Below, piece by piece: positions 39,251-53,089 of a DNA stretch of 64,000 nucleotides (position 1 is its first letter; each line of letters starts with the position of its first letter). Source of the DNA: Felis catus (Eukaryota); NCBI RefSeq assembly GCF_018350175.1, contig NC_058368.1:217312001-217376000 (forward strand), in the 5' to 3' direction. The position numbers and the translations under genes were made by a program. The notes under the pieces were generated by a model. It saw nothing but the letters and a program-made list of their open reading frames with translations. It did not search any database and had not been told where the DNA came from.

Positions 39251-40872
39251 TTTGACATAAAATGTGAGGGAAAGTCTCCTGGGAGATCAGAGTAGTCAGA
39301 GTTATAGAAATCCACGAGTGTGATTTTATTTGTGTCATAGTGCAAGCTATGCTAACGATTTTTAAAAGAGAGAAAAAGCTTGTTGGTCAAGTAAGCAATG
39401 TAAGGACAATAAAATGTATCCATTTATTCACACTTGAGCCATTATTAGAATATAAGATAAATTTTATCTTTTTAATCCACCTAAGGTTTTTGGCATAGTT
39501 GAGTAGTAACATTGTTGATAAAAGGAGTCAATGATCTCTAGATGGCACAGTCATGTGGATGAAAAATCCTCAAATGATTTTGTTGCTGATACACACGACA
39601 TGAATCATCACTATTCATATGTGTTCAAAATGCGATTTAGTAAGAAACATTGGTGTACACATAGCAATTATTCTTTGTAGCAAGAGAGAATTCATCCACT
39701 CGTTATATTGTGGTATCTATTGTCCTTTGAGGTTTTTGTTTCCTCCACGCCATGGGAAAGAACCTCATTTCCCTTTTAAGTAGGGTTTAACTAAAAGCTC
39801 AGCTACTCTTCTGGTGCCCACGTATGTGCCCCTCTGCTCACTGGAACCCGTCTTCGACCTCTTGTGCTATTCTGACATTTGTACATGTGCTATTCAGATA
39901 ATAGCGTGTAAATAATAACAGTGCACTGAAACCAGTTTGCTTTTAAGTGGCTGTGAGTAGAGAAGTTATGTGCCATCTGTCAGTGCTCTAGGTTTAAATG
40001 CTGTTCAGATTTACTAAAAATCCTTTTGACAAAGGCTCTCAGTTAAATGATTTTGATAAGAAAACTATGAACACTGTCAAAAGCATTGCTGTGTCCTCAC
40101 ATCAAAGGAGAATCTAATTTAGTTGGAAAATGGAAAAGCCTCAAAGGATTTTTTTTCCGAAAGCATTTTGAAAGGTGGTGTTGTTGTTGTGGCCCCCAAA
40201 TTTGTATGTTGTACCACGTCGTTGTTTTAGTATACACATGACATCCATGTAATGAAGCCATCAATGGTCAGTGGTAGGCGAGGCTACACAGAGTATTTTA
40301 AAGTATTCCTCAGAGACCTTCAGTCCCGATGGAGCTGCTTACTTGCCTTCTAGTAATACTCTCTGTGCACGTGGCTTATATTTTGAGCTTGGACGTGAGA
40401 TCAGCCAGCAAGGGAACTTGGTTGTGACCACCTGTCCAACAACACCCAGTCATGTCTAGGTTTTCAGGCTCACAGTCTGGGGGAAATAAATACAGAGATT
40501 TCTCAAAAATAATACAGAAGACTGGTAGAAAAATACATTGTGCTGGAAGAAATTTAATTCTGATTGTCTGGGTTTCATTATAGCTGCACGTCTAGGGAAG
40601 ACAAACAAATACAAATTCCATGAATCATTTGATACATGTTCTGTTTATATGAGAGAAACTATAAATATCTATTTATCCATGATTGTTATCCTGAAGTGTT
40701 TGAGGGGAAAAAAAGTGATCTATTTCAATTCTGAAACCATCTTCAAATAAAAATAAGGAAAATAGTTCGAAACCTATTAATTCCAAAGCAGAAGCTTTAT
40801 TTATCTAGAGCACAGACTTACTTCACTTGCAGAAATTGTTTGGTGAATTACATTGAAGAAAAGTGATGATTT

Positions 40873-41069
40873 GGGGGCATCTGGGTGGTTCAGTCGGTTA
40901 AGCAACCAAATCTTGATTTCTGCTCAAGTCATGATCTCACGACGGGTGAGTTCGAGTCCCACATCAGGCTCCATGCTGACAGTGTGAAGCCTGCTTGGGA
41001 TTCTTCTCTCTCTCCCTCTCTCTCTACCCCTCTCTCCCACTCGAAATAAATGAAATAAACTTAAAAAAA
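40873..41069 (+). mobile_element. Older Can-SINE
   Basis: Head/CT/tail; diverged TSD GAAAAGTGATGATTT / GAAACATGATAATTT. Confidence 0.92.
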
Positions 41070-42423
41070 GAAACATGATAATTTCATTTTCCTATTTTAT
41101 ATAATTCATTGATATTGGCTAATACCGAGATCTATAATCACATTGCATTTCTTATGAACATTTTTATTTCTTATCACTGTCTTCTAAATTAGATTCAAAG
41201 TGATAAAAGGTCCCTCACTTTCATGCACTTTTCATCTGTGTGTGTTCCAGTATTTCCATTTCACAGGCTGTCATTAGGCACTATGACCTAGATTTGTGAG
41301 ACAGACTTTCCTCTGCGATGGGAGAGTCATCTTGTGTGGATTGAGGTGATGCCGTTCACATCACAACTGAAGCAGGTGGACAATAGTTCACGCAGTACCC
41401 AGCGAGATGAGGGGACAAGTAGAGCTAAATTATTTGTCAGGAATCTGTCTCTATTGTTTATAGCAGATGGAAGCAGTGTGTGCTCTGAAATCCCCCAATT
41501 TGAACACACAGTATAAAATTCCAGTAGATGTTTAAGATGTTCTAGATCGTATGCAGCATATGCTTTGAATACATTTCAGCAGTCACGAAAACAGGAACCT
41601 ACGGTTCAATGAACATAGATGTCAAACATACATTTTATTTTGCACAAACGCGGAAATATTTGTAATGTGAAGTTTTTTTGTTTTGGTTTCGTTTAGGGTT
41701 TTTTTGGTGTTTTGGTTTTTCGGAAGCATGTGTTCCAGTGTGTGTGATGCGTTTACTTGGGGGAAGTAAACTATAAAGCACAATGGAATTCTTCTCTAGC
41801 AACAACCTTTTGCCATCAAGTGCCATGCTAGCCTACAGAAAATAAAGCAGGGCTCTACCTCAAACCGACCCAAATAGACGACAAAACAAAAGTAACATAA
41901 AACCCAAAGTCCAAAACCTCGGCAGATGTTCTTTCAAGTCTCATGTTTCCATCCTGCTATGATTTACATTTGAATTAAATTTTTAATTTTACTGAGTGAC
42001 ATGAAATCTAATTAGATCCTCCTCCTACCAAGGAATTATCGCTTGTATTAACACTATGACTTGATCAAATTAAAAACATAAGGTTTACAGAAGAGTATAC
42101 AATTGTGAATAACATGATGATGTTTCATGTTTAATACAAAAATATGTTTACTTTTGAAAATATAATGTGAACAGCTGGAATATCTTATAATAACATTAAT
42201 AAAACTATAATATATTATTTCATCCCATTGCAAAAGAAAAAAATTAGTGGTGAGCAAAGAGGTGAGGCAGCGTATGAAAATATAAAGCAATCTGATCTTT
42301 AACACCCTGAGAATAACTGTCCATTAGCTTTGACAAAAACCACTTGTACAGCAAAATCCCATCCTATAGTAGCTTTAGAAAATATTTTAATAAAATTTAG
42401 CCAATGTTTATTTAAAACACATA

Positions 42424-42652
42424 GAGGCACCTGGGTAGCTCAGTCACTTAATCATCCGACTTCAGCTCAGGTCCTGATGTCACAGTTTGTGGGTTCAAGT
42501 CCCGCATCGGGCTCTGTGCTGACAGCTCAGAGCCTGGAGCCTGTTTCAGATTCTGTGTCTCCCTCTCTCTCTGCCCCTCCCCAACTCGTGCTCTGTCTCT
42601 CTCTTGCTCTCAAAAGTAAATAAACATGAAAACAATAAAAAACAAATTAATT
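42424..42652 (+). mobile_element. Can-SINE
   Basis: Full body with CT tract and tail. Confidence 0.93.
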
Positions 42653-43114
42653 AATTAAAACATGTAAGTGTGTTTGAAGATATAATTAAGAGTACTAGTA
42701 ATTCTGGAAAGACAGTGAAGGCAGCAGCGTAGACCTTCACACAAATGCAAACAAGCCCCCCATGGATAATGTGATCAACAAAGCTAGGTGACAAGAAATC
42801 CCATAAGACCCATAATGTCACCAGGTTGTGACAAATCACCAACAACTATAACATGTCTGTACCAGAAAATTTACTGTCTTTGCAAAATAATAAATTTGGC
42901 TTAAAAATCAATCAGCATTTTTTTAACTTCCTCTATTTTTTAAATAAATTTTTTATTTTAAAACAATTTTCAATTTACAGAAAAACTGTGACGATCACAC
43001 TGAGAGTTAACATACACCCCACACTTGTGCTTTCTCCCACTGACATCATACGTTATGGTAAAATTGGGCCACTAATTACTTGACATAATTCTCATCAAAA
43101 ACAAAACAACTTGT

Positions 43115-43328
43115 GGGGTGCCTGGGTGGCTCAGTCTGTTGAGCGACTGACTCTTGATATCAGCTCAGATTTTGATCTCACAGTTCATGGGTTGGAGCCC
43201 CACGTCAGGCACCGTGCTGACAGGGCGGAGCCTACTTGAGGTTCTCTCTCTCTTTCTTTCTCTCTCTACCTCTTCCCCTCACTCTCTCTTTCTCTTCCAA
43301 ACTAAATAAGTTAAAAACTTAAAAAAAA
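43115..43328 (+). mobile_element. Older Can-SINE
   Basis: Head/CT/tail. Confidence 0.92.
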
Positions 43329-43988
43329 ATTACCTCATAGTAAACTCATCAAATCTTTCTCTATTTCTTCTAAAAGGACTCAGTTTTACCTAGAAAACCC
43401 ACCATCTAACATCTTTTTTTTCTTCTATGTCTATTGTCTTCTTTCTTTTCTGCAGCAGGAATTTTCTGAAAGAGTGAGGAAAGGGGGTCTAAGGAGGGCA
43501 GAATTATGCTCCGCCTTGTTGCAGGCAGGGTATTGACACAGTTTAGTGATTTCTCTGTGCATCTCTGTTTAATGTTTTATTCAAGAATTTATTTAGATCA
43601 GCTTGGACTCACGAATATTTACTTAAAATTTAAGTCATATCTCAACACTAGTTTATCTATTTTGTTTCTCAAGCTTCTCCCTCTTTTGCCTTTGGAAGCT
43701 CTTTCCACTGGTAGTTCCCATGTCCATGTGACAAAAACAGTCTTCTTTTCTTCTTTTCTTTTTTGTGGGGGGAGAGGGTGGATTTCTTTCATGCCTGGCC
43801 CTACAACATGTTCCAGTCTCATCTTGGATATTTCCTACCGAGTTGTAGAAGTAGCCATTTCTCCAAAAACCCTGGTTCGTTTTAGTGGAGAAAGGTATCA
43901 GAAATCAGGCTGTGGGTGCTGGTTATGTTATTGCTACACAGATGTCATTGTTTCTAGGCTCTCTCAGTTCTCAGAGCAAGGAAACACG

Positions 43989-44324
43989 TGTTGCTCAAAA
44001 ATAAACTGTAGCATATTAAAATTTTTGAGAGTTTATTTGAGCAAAAGCCCATTCCAATTAGGCAGCACCAAACCAGAGTGGTTAAGAGCACTCCACCAGT
44101 GGGAATGCAGGAGAGACAGCCTTTTATAGAAACATGCCAAGGCACAGTAAGGAAACTATTGATTGGTTGTAGCTTAAAGCCTAGTTGGCTGTTTGTGATT
44201 GGTTGTCCTTAGGTTTCAACTTCTTAACCTGAGGCATTTGTAGGCTTTGGTTTTAACTTGCTTTGTAAGCTGTCATGACGTTAAAGCAAGCTCAGTCTAA
44301 TGACCTTGTTTAATGAATTTAACA
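43989..44324 (-). mobile_element. ERV1-like solo LTR nested in L1MC
   Basis: TGTT...AACA termini, reverse polyA (TTTATTT), reverse TATA (TTTTATAG), two GATTGGTT CCAAT boxes; L1 sequence resumes after it. Confidence 0.7.
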
Positions 44325-45199
44325 GTATGTATACTATGCCATGTATATCCACATATGCATAAATATTTTTATATGCAATTATCTGCATCTGTATTAAATT
44401 CAATATGATTTCATACCAATGTCTCCAACTCTGATCCGTTATCACCAGGATCAGTCTAGCTTCCTCCCTTTGTTTGCTCTCACTGGTGAGGCGTGGGATC
44501 CCACCGTTGTTCTGTCCCACTCTGCGTGTACAGCACTATTAGAATTGTTCACCTATACCCCAAGGGGAACTATTAACGAATATAGTGCTTGGCACAGTTT
44601 TATTTTTAGTCTTCCAGAATCCATTCTTTCCTAAAGTTATTTAAATCTGTATCTCCTCTCTCCCCCCACCAAATACACTTTTGTGGGGTTGTTTCACACA
44701 TTGTGATACAGGTCAATTGTTTTATCACATTCTCCATTTCATAGTTTACCCAGCTGCCTAAATGATCTTTTAAAAATTTGTATACATGAAGGTTCACTCT
44801 TTGTGCTTTAAGGTTCTGTTCATTTTAACACACATACAGTGACTTCCTATTTCTTTCTCTTTCTCTCCTTCATTCTTTCTTTCTCTCTCTCTCTCCCTTC
44901 CTTTCTTCCTTTTTCCTTCTATCCCTCTCTTTTTTGTTGTAATGCTACTTTTCTAGTTTCTATGCTAACAGTTTGTCAGTTTATTGAGTTAGTGCTATTG
45001 TTACTATTATGAAAGTCACACAGTAAATATTTGGGTCCTTCTGTTATTATTCTCAACAATTTCTTTATTACCATTAGACTCACCTTCCTCATTCTTTCAG
45101 AACAAATTACTGTTACAGAAAAAGAAGGAGACAGACATAAAAGGAAAAGAAAAAGATATCACATTCTGATCTTTTAGGCAAGAAAAAAGACTCATTTTA

Positions 45200-45398
45200 T
45201 TATTACTATTTTTTAAATGTTTATTCATTTATTTTGAGAGGGGGCTGGAGGAGAGGGATAGAGAGAAATCCAAGAAGGCTCTGTACTATCAGCACAGAGC
45301 CCAGTGGGGACTCAAACCCACAAACTGTGATCATGACATGACCTGAGCCAAAATTGAGAGTCAGACGCTTAACCGACTGAGCCACCCAGGTGCTCCCC
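45200..45398 (-). mobile_element. Older Can-SINE
   Basis: TSD AAAAGACTCATTTTA. Confidence 0.92.
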
Positions 45399-45515
45399 AA
45401 CAAAAGACTCATTTTAGAAGAATAGAGAATAATTTAGTGAAAGTTTACTGTTTGTCAAATTGTTTTGTTTTTGTGTGCTACCTCATTTCATGTTAGAGAA
45501 AGTCCTACAGGTTGT

Positions 45516-45562
45516 CAAAACAAAACAAAACAAAACAAAACAAAACAAAACAAACAAACACA
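45516..45562. repeat. (CAAAA)n microsatellite
   Basis: Direct observation. Confidence 0.9.
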
Positions 45563-46071
45563 ATAATGAAAGAGGAGATAATGTGAAGAGAAAGCATGAT
45601 TTTTTGATGAGAGTGTCCTTCAGAAAATGCCAACATGTACCCCAAATCCCATATGTACCACAAAGCATCTTCAAAGGGGAAGGACAAGGTAATAGAAAAA
45701 AAATCTGGATTCTGGAGTCAAGAGTGCTTTGTGTCCAATTACCTTGTGAACCAGTGAACCCTACAGAGATCTCTGGCCCCTAGAGAACAGGGGACAATAG
45801 TAATGGCTGAGTTGGAATAAGATGTGGTTCTATCTAAGATATATTAGTTCACTCACCAGGTTTGTACAATACTAACTTCACAGGTTACTATGCCCAGACA
45901 TAAAGGTGGCCAAAACCACAGAGTGGAATATATAACCGAGAAGGGCAGGACCGAGAAAGGCTGAACCCACAGCAACAAAGTGGAACAGAACTCAGTGGAT
46001 GGCAGTGTGGAGGGAAGCCCATGGGTGAGACCACACAGAATTGTATACTTTAGTGAAAGGAACATACGACC

Positions 46072-47305
46072 GAAACTAGACCACTTTCTCACACCATTCA
46101 CAAAAATAAACTCAAAATGGATAAAGGACCTGAATGTGAGACAGGAAACCATCAAAACCCTAGAGGAGAAAGCAGGAAAAGACCTCTCTGACCTCAGCCG
46201 GAGCAATCTCTTACTCAACACATCCCCAAAGGCAAGGGAAATAAAAGCAAAAATGAATTACTGGGACCTTATGAAGATAAAAAGCTTCTGCACAGCAAAG
46301 GAAACAACCAACAAAACTAAAAAGCAACCAATGGAATGGGAAAAGATATTTGCAAATGACATATCAGACAAAGGGCTAGTATCCAAAATCTATAAAGAAC
46401 TCACCAAATTCCACACCCGAAAAACAAATAACCCAGTGAAGAAATGGGCAGAAAACATGAATAGACATTTCTCTAAAGAAGACATCCGGATGGCCAACAG
46501 GCACATGAAAAGATGTTCAGCGTCGCTCCTCATCAGGGAAATACAAATCAAAACCACACTCAGATATCACCTCACGCCAGTCAGAGTGGCCAAAATGAAC
46601 AAATCAGGAGACCATAGATGCTGGAGAGGATGTGGAGAAACAGGAACCCTCTTGCACTGTTGGTGGGAATGAAAATTGGTGCAACCGCTCTGGAAAGCAG
46701 TGTGGAGGTTCCTCAGAAAATTAAAAATAGACCTACCCTATGACCCAGCAATAGCACTGCTAGGAATTTATCCAAGGGATACAGGAGTACTGATGCATAG
46801 GGGCACCTGTACCCCAATGTTTATAGCAGCACTCTCAACAATAGCCAAATTATGGAAAGAGTCGAAATGTCCATCAACTGATGAATGGATAAAGAAATTG
46901 TGGTTTATATACACAATGGAATACTACATGGCAATGAGAAAGAATGAAATATGGCCTTTTGTAGCAACGTGGATGGAACTGGAGAGTGTGATGCTAAGTG
47001 AAATAAGCTATACAGAGAAAGACAGATACTATATGGTTTCATTCTTATGTGGATCCTGAGAAACTTAACAGAAACCCATGGGGGAGGGGAAGGAAAAAAA
47101 ATAAAAAGAGGTTAGAGTGGGAGAGAGCCAAAGCATAGGAGACTGTTAAAAACTGAGAACAAACTGAGGGTTGATGGGGGGTGGGAGGGAGGGAAGGGTG
47201 GGTGATGGGTATTGAAGAGGGCACCTTTTGGGATGAGCACTGGGTATTGTATGGAAACCAATTTGACAATAAATTTCATATATTGAAAAAAAAAATTAAA
47301 AGAAA
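46072..47305 (+). mobile_element. Young feline L1, 5'-truncated (about 1.2 kb)
   Basis: Perfect TSD AAAGGAACATACGACC at 46056-46071 and 47306-47321; ORF2 C-terminus, G-rich 3'UTR, polyA. Confidence 0.97.
46073..47059 (+). pseudogene. L1 ORF2p C-terminal fragment (non-functional), with one in-frame stop
   Basis: ORFs 45980-46672 and 46676-47059 share a frame; [40 protein letters not shown]. Confidence 0.93.
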
Positions 47306-48469
47306 AAAGGAACATACGACCAAATGTGCCTCCCAACCAAGCACCCATTCTCATTGGCACAACAGGAGTTCAAACCAAGTTAATTAAATGTCTTAGAATA
47401 CGGATCAATTTGAGAAAAAGAGATAAAGTACAAAATCCTTAAATTCACTGTGTTTAATACTTTAAAATAATTGAATTTGACAGAGTCTACATGGAATTGA
47501 TTAAAATTTCTATTATCATGTAGAAATGAGGGCTTGTGATACAAATTAAGTCCAGTTATATGAAAACAATGTTACATATTTGCCATCTGAATTTGAAATT
47601 TGCGAAAGTCATACCTCCAGCCTGTACTCTGCCTTTGATAATGAAATTGTTCAATGTTTGCTTTAGGTCTCACTGTATAAATGCGTTTTTATGGTGAGCT
47701 GGCTTTTCTTCTGTATGCTTTGTGAAATGCTGACTGGATGTTTTTCCATTTAACCTTAGAAAACCTTATCTCTCCAACTTGAGTGTTCTTTGTGTGTCTA
47801 TGTGTTATGCAGTGATATTTCTCTGTCACATTGTGGCCAAGAGAAGGACTAAATCACATTATCTCTGACAGAGAGATTCACTTCCTTATTGAGGTTAGAT
47901 CTGAAAATGGATCTCTTATGGTACAGCCAGGACTCCTCCCCAAACAGAAATAAATTGTTCCTTAACCATTTTGTACCCCTTCTTATAGCTGTCAACATTC
48001 TGACTTACCAGGTAATTGAGCAAACTTTCTATTTGTCTTGATGACTAATATGGTTTATTTCCACATTGTAAAGGGAGCTGAAACTTGTGTTTTAAAAGAA
48101 GGGGACTCTTCAGATAAGCTATGTGTGTCATTTAATATTTAGCCAAGTTGCCACCCCCCGAAAAAAGGGACAGCAGATGGAATCTAAATATTTTAAGTTT
48201 ACAACACATGACTTTCCATTTGTTGAAAGTAAACACATCTCTTTATGATCGAAAGGATGAATTTGTAAATAACATTTTAAAAATTAGTAAATTTGTAGAT
48301 AAAAATTATAGAAGAAAAACTTACACAAAGAATATTCATTTAAGAAGCTCACGAGTTATATAATTTCATTAAAATGCTAATGAAAACCGGGAAAATCTAG
48401 AAAAATAATTTACAATGTCTCTGTCAGCCTGCAATTGTGTTCCTAATAGAGATTATGTTAAATCTAAAT

Positions 48470-48670
48470 TTTTTTTGTTTAATGTGCATTTATTTTTGAG
48501 ACAGAGCATGAACAGGGAGGGTCAGAGAGAGAGGGAGACACAGAATCTGAAACAGGCTCCAAGCTCTGAGCTGTCAGCACAGCCCGACGCGGGGCTCGAA
48601 TTCACGGACCGCAAGATTATAACCTGAGCCGAAGTTGGACGCTTAACCCACTGAGCCACCCAGGCGCTCC
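48470..48670 (-). mobile_element. Can-SINE
   Basis: Reverse SINE ending GAGCCACCCAGGCGCTCC. Confidence 0.93.
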
Positions 48671-49008
48671 AGATCTAAAAAGCAGAGTAAAACTCATTAT
48701 CATTCAAATATTTTTGTATAATAATAATAAATAATATATAAACAGACCACTGTGTCATCCTAACAGGCTTTAAAAGAATGAAGCTTGATTGCTTCATTGT
48801 TACAAATTTAGACCCACACATAATCATGTGTTTCTCTGATATGAATGGGAACATATATTCTATGTTGACTCCAGTATACCAGAGACTTTTATTCATGCCA
48901 CCATCCTGCGGCCTCATACATCATTAAAATAACACATTTATGGGCCTCAGAAATTGGCTGTGAGAAAGGAGACACTGACCTTTCTTGCCAGTGTGTTACA
49001 AAATGTGC

Positions 49009-49790
49009 TGTGATATTGTGGTTTATACTGGCACAGATTTCCTACAACTCTTGGAATGTCCTGTGATGAGAGCTATAAAGTGTGTCTTGTTATGTTAGTG
49101 AGGTAACCTTTGGAACACACCCAAGGGTGGAGGCTGCCATCTGTAGAATCCACCGCATGATGGGAGGGTTGGAACTTCCAGTCCCATCTCCCCGATTTCT
49201 GGGGATGGGGGAGGGGATGGAAACTGAATTGATCACCAATGGCCAATGATTTGATCAGGCCTATGTAATGAGGCCTTCATAAAAACTCAAGAGCACTGGG
49301 TTTGGAGAACTTCCAGGTTGGTGGACATGTGGATGGAGACTTGGGGAGAGGGGGGTGCCTGGACAGAGCTTGGGAGCTCTATGCCCTTTCCCTACACACT
49401 GCCCTATGCATCTCATTCATCTTGTCCTGAGTTATATCCATTTATAATTAACAGGTGATTTCATGAGTAAATTGGCTGCCTGAATCCCGTGAGCCTCTCT
49501 AGCAAATTAATCAAACTCTAGGAGGGGGTCATGCAAACTTCTGATTTACAGATGGTCAGTCAGAAGTACAGGTAACAACCTGGGCTTATGACTGGCATCT
49601 GAGGAGGTTGGGAGCAGTATTATGAGTCAGAGCTCTCAATCTCTGGAATTTGATGCTCTCACTTGGTAGACAGTGTCACAATCGAGCTGAACTGTAGGAC
49701 CTAGGTCATGCTGGAGCATTTCTTGCTTAGTGGTATGGAGGAAACATCCCTCCCCCACATATGGAATCGAGTGCAGAACCAAAACGTTGT
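49009..49790 (+). mobile_element. MER21-like solo LTR
   Basis: TGTGATATTGTG start; GAGGGTTGGAACTT, GATCACCAATGGCCAATGATTT, CCCTATGCATCTC, TCTAGCAAATTAATCAAAC, CAGAAGTACAGGTAACAACCTGG. Confidence 0.85.
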
Positions 49791-50003
49791 GAGATATGTC
49801 TTTCCTATACAACATAATAAACACTATGTTTGGGCTTATAGTAAAGACTCAATTATAATGAGAATGAAGTACAACACAAAAAATAATTTTAAATTACCAC
49901 AAAGCTTACAAAATTCTAGTTTCCTTTTTAAGAGACCTCATTTGCAAATCTCACACTGCATTTAGAAGAACAAAGGAAGCTTGGCACCCACCTCTGTTAC
50001 CAG

Positions 50004-50495
50004 TGAAGGGGCGCAGAATATGCCACCCCAAAATATTCTATTTTGGTATATTGATGATTTTGAAATAAAAGTTCTTTAGCAGGAGATGGTGCAGGAAGGA
50101 CACTCTGACCCTCCTTTGTACCCTTGAAAGCAGAAAATAAATCTCCTATGTGAAACATACACTCCCTATACCAGGAGGGTAAAACCACCCTCATCACCAG
50201 AAATCAGGTATTTAGGGACAAGAAGGGTGCATAAACAAACCTTGCTACTTCACTAATTTCCAACCCCAAGCCCAAAATTCTTTGTTCTGTCAACTTTTCA
50301 CAAATTTGTTTCTTTGCGTGAAAGATACAAAAAGCCTCCTGCTTTGGTCACTTTTTTGTATTTCATATTTTTCTGAGCTCCCATATGTGCAAAATTAAGT
50401 GTGCTTTCCCCCTACCAATCTGTCTTATGTTGCTTTAATTATTAACCCAGCCAAAGAACCTAGAAGGGGAAAAGGGATTTTTTTCTGACCCAACA
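50004..50495 (+). mobile_element. MER34-like ERV1 solo LTR
   Basis: TGAAGGGGCGCAGAATATGCCACCCCAAAATAT...CCAGCCAAAGAACCTAGAAGGG...CCAACA. Confidence 0.82.
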
Positions 50496-50529
50496 TCAAA
50501 ATTAGAAGTAATCTGAGTAAACGTGTGCT

Positions 50530-50700
50530 TTTACCCCAGTTTTACTGAGATATTGTTGATATATAACACTGTGTAAGTTTAAAGTATGCAACTTGTTGAT
50601 TTGATACATGTATATATTGCAAAGTGCTTACCACAATAAGGTTAGTAAATACATCCACCACCGCACATAAGCACACCTTTGTTTTGTGGTGACAACAGAT
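50530..50700 (-). mobile_element. L1MA9/L1_Carn-like 3' terminus
   Basis: CCCAGTTTTACTGAGATAT..ATATAACACTGTGTAAGTTTAAAG...CCACAATAAGGTTAG. Confidence 0.75.
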
Positions 50701-53089
50701 ATGTGCCATGGACACTGGACTGAAATGCTGCCAGTCTTAGAAAAAGAGACAGACTTTCTGTCACCCTTGTTTGCCAAGTTCCCCAGGACTGACCATGTTC
50801 CACACAGCTGACAGTGTGATCATCCATCCATGCCTTCTAGGGAAACCTGATATATACCTAATGAATTTGCCTGTATGTATCAACAATATGGTTCTACTAC
50901 AGTTTGATATCAGAACATTTTCTAAAATTGGAGTAATGGATCCTAAACAATACCAAAGTCTGTCTCAAATGTTTAAATCAATTGGGTCTGCCCAACGCAC
51001 AATCCAGCTTCTCTTAGTTTTTTTGTCAAAAAAAGTCTAAAAATAATTTGGTATATGCTTGCCACATTGCCCAATTCTTATATAATGGAAAGATACTTGA
51101 TTTCACTTTCAGGCAGGATGAAACAGCAGAAGTTAACATGCAGAATTAAACTAATAATTATTACCGAAATAGAGACTACATTGTTTTGATATAATATACT
51201 CAACACTCTGAAAATTTATTCTCATTTTTTGTGATTAATCATTCCCCATCTTGCCAAAAGTGAAAATGCACCAGTAAATAACAACTATCTGTAAAATTCT
51301 GCCAAGTAGTGGAATATATTTTTATCATGATGACTATTAGACTATCTAGAAAACTAGATAGTTTGTTCTAATAAGGCCTTGGAAACCAAACTCTGTTCAA
51401 GTAATTTAATAATTTACTGACTTGGTCTTTGAATACGGTAAATGATAACCCTGACATTCCCTGAGAGCATTTTTTTAAAGAGAAGTATTGTTGGATAGAA
51501 GGGATCACAATTGCCCCTATAATTTTCCTGTAACATTCTCTTAACTTCCTCAGGCAAACATAGCTTACTTAGTTACTGCAGATTTCAAAAGAAAAAAAAA
51601 TTTAAGGTTCATGGATCACTCTTTTGAAAGATGTACCAATTGACTCTACCCCATGTTAGCATTCATTAATCCTTGGAAAAAGTATGGTGATGTTGCTCAA
51701 AGTAGACTCTATATTTTGTAATTAAAATTTTGCTCAATTACTATTGATTCATGATTTGTCAACCTACCGCTTTTTTAAAGTTGCCTCTTCCATTATGAAC
51801 AAATGTGGGTTTTTCTCACATTTTCTTTCTCAATTCTGGAGACCTTAATTTAATACTGTGCTGTTAAAAGTCAGGCCTGAATTAACTTTACTCTCCTGGA
51901 TGGGCAATTAGAAGTAAAATAAAAGTAATCCTAATTTCCATTTGGCTTTAAATATTAAGGCAACTTCTGGTGGGAAATCTATTCCATTTTTTAAAATATA
52001 AAATCCTTTGAGAAATCAAGTTCTCCCTGTGGCTTCCTCCTAAATGCAATTTCCATTTTTATTCCTCTGACAAAAAAATACATTCTTATCTTTTCTCCTC
52101 AAAATTTAAACAATTACACCCACTATAACTACTCAGCATATACTCAGAAGGGATCTTCTGTTTTGTTTTACCTGTATAGTTTACATTTCTTTTCCAGTTG
52201 GTTCACTTTTTTTTTTACAGTAAATATCTTTAGAATCCAAATAACTCCGTTGGGTCATAATCCTATTGATATAAAGGAAAAATAAAAATAAGATTTTCAT
52301 AGTTTACCACTAGAGATCTTATAATCAATTTAAAATCTAGCAAAATTACATCATCTTAACTATTACATTAATATCCCTTTTAAAGCTGTAAGGAATATCT
52401 AGTCTGAACTCTTTTTTTAATACTTGTGGTAACTGGTCAAGCAGCAACAGAAAACTAATACAACATGTTCTCTCATTCCCTGCATTGTTCTCTAGCACTA
52501 AATGTGTCTAACAAAATACTACACATTTTTAAGGTCTAGTTTAACTGTCATATGTTTGATGTTTTCCATTCTGATGAATTATTGTTCCTACATTACCTAC
52601 CAGTCCTGTATATTTGCATAACCAGTATATTCATACTTGTATTTCTCACTTAATTCTGACATTAGAGATAGTTCTGTATCACATTTATTTCGTGTATCTG
52701 TCACCTATGGTAACTAGTATGATGTCTGGTACATTATAGACTTTCCATATATAGTAAAACCTTGGATTATGAATAACTCATTCTTTGAGTGTTCCACAAG
52801 ATGAGCAAACATTTCTAATAAATTTTAATTTGATAAATGAGCACTGTCTTGCAATACGAGTAGTACATGATGCTGAACATCACATGATCACAAGTGAGCC
52901 AATGGTATTTGAAATTTGCTTTCATATACAAGCGGCTTTGGATTACAAACATGTTTCCAGAATGAATTATGCTTGCAAACCAAGGTTTTACTGTATATAA
53001 AGGGTTGAATTGAAATGAGCTCTTATATTTATCCATTCAATCCCTCCTTCTCTTTCATATTTTCTAGATGTCTGCTTCTATTTCATTCA

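Larger units (their letters stand above)
42935..44840 (-). mobile_element. L1MC-like 3' region, fragmented, with nested SINE and LTR
   Basis: TTTACAGAAAAACTG...CATACACCCC terminus; AGCCATTTCTCCAAAAACCCTGGTTC...CTAGGCTCTCTCAG...AGAGCAAGGAAA. Confidence 0.7.
45600..47620 (+). mobile_element. Ancient LTR78/79-like element split by the young L1
   Basis: 3' end GAGGGCTTG...AATTAAGTCCAGTTATATGAAAAC..TGTTACATATTTGC..TCATACC resembles recalled LTR78; left boundary uncertain. Confidence 0.35.

Noticed and set aside
43506..44129. 207-aa ORF
   Set aside because: Runs across an antisense L1MC fragment and an LTR; no recognisable domain.
45980..46672. 230-aa ORF as a host gene
   Set aside because: It is L1 ORF2 C-terminus plus about 30 codons of flank from a GTG start.
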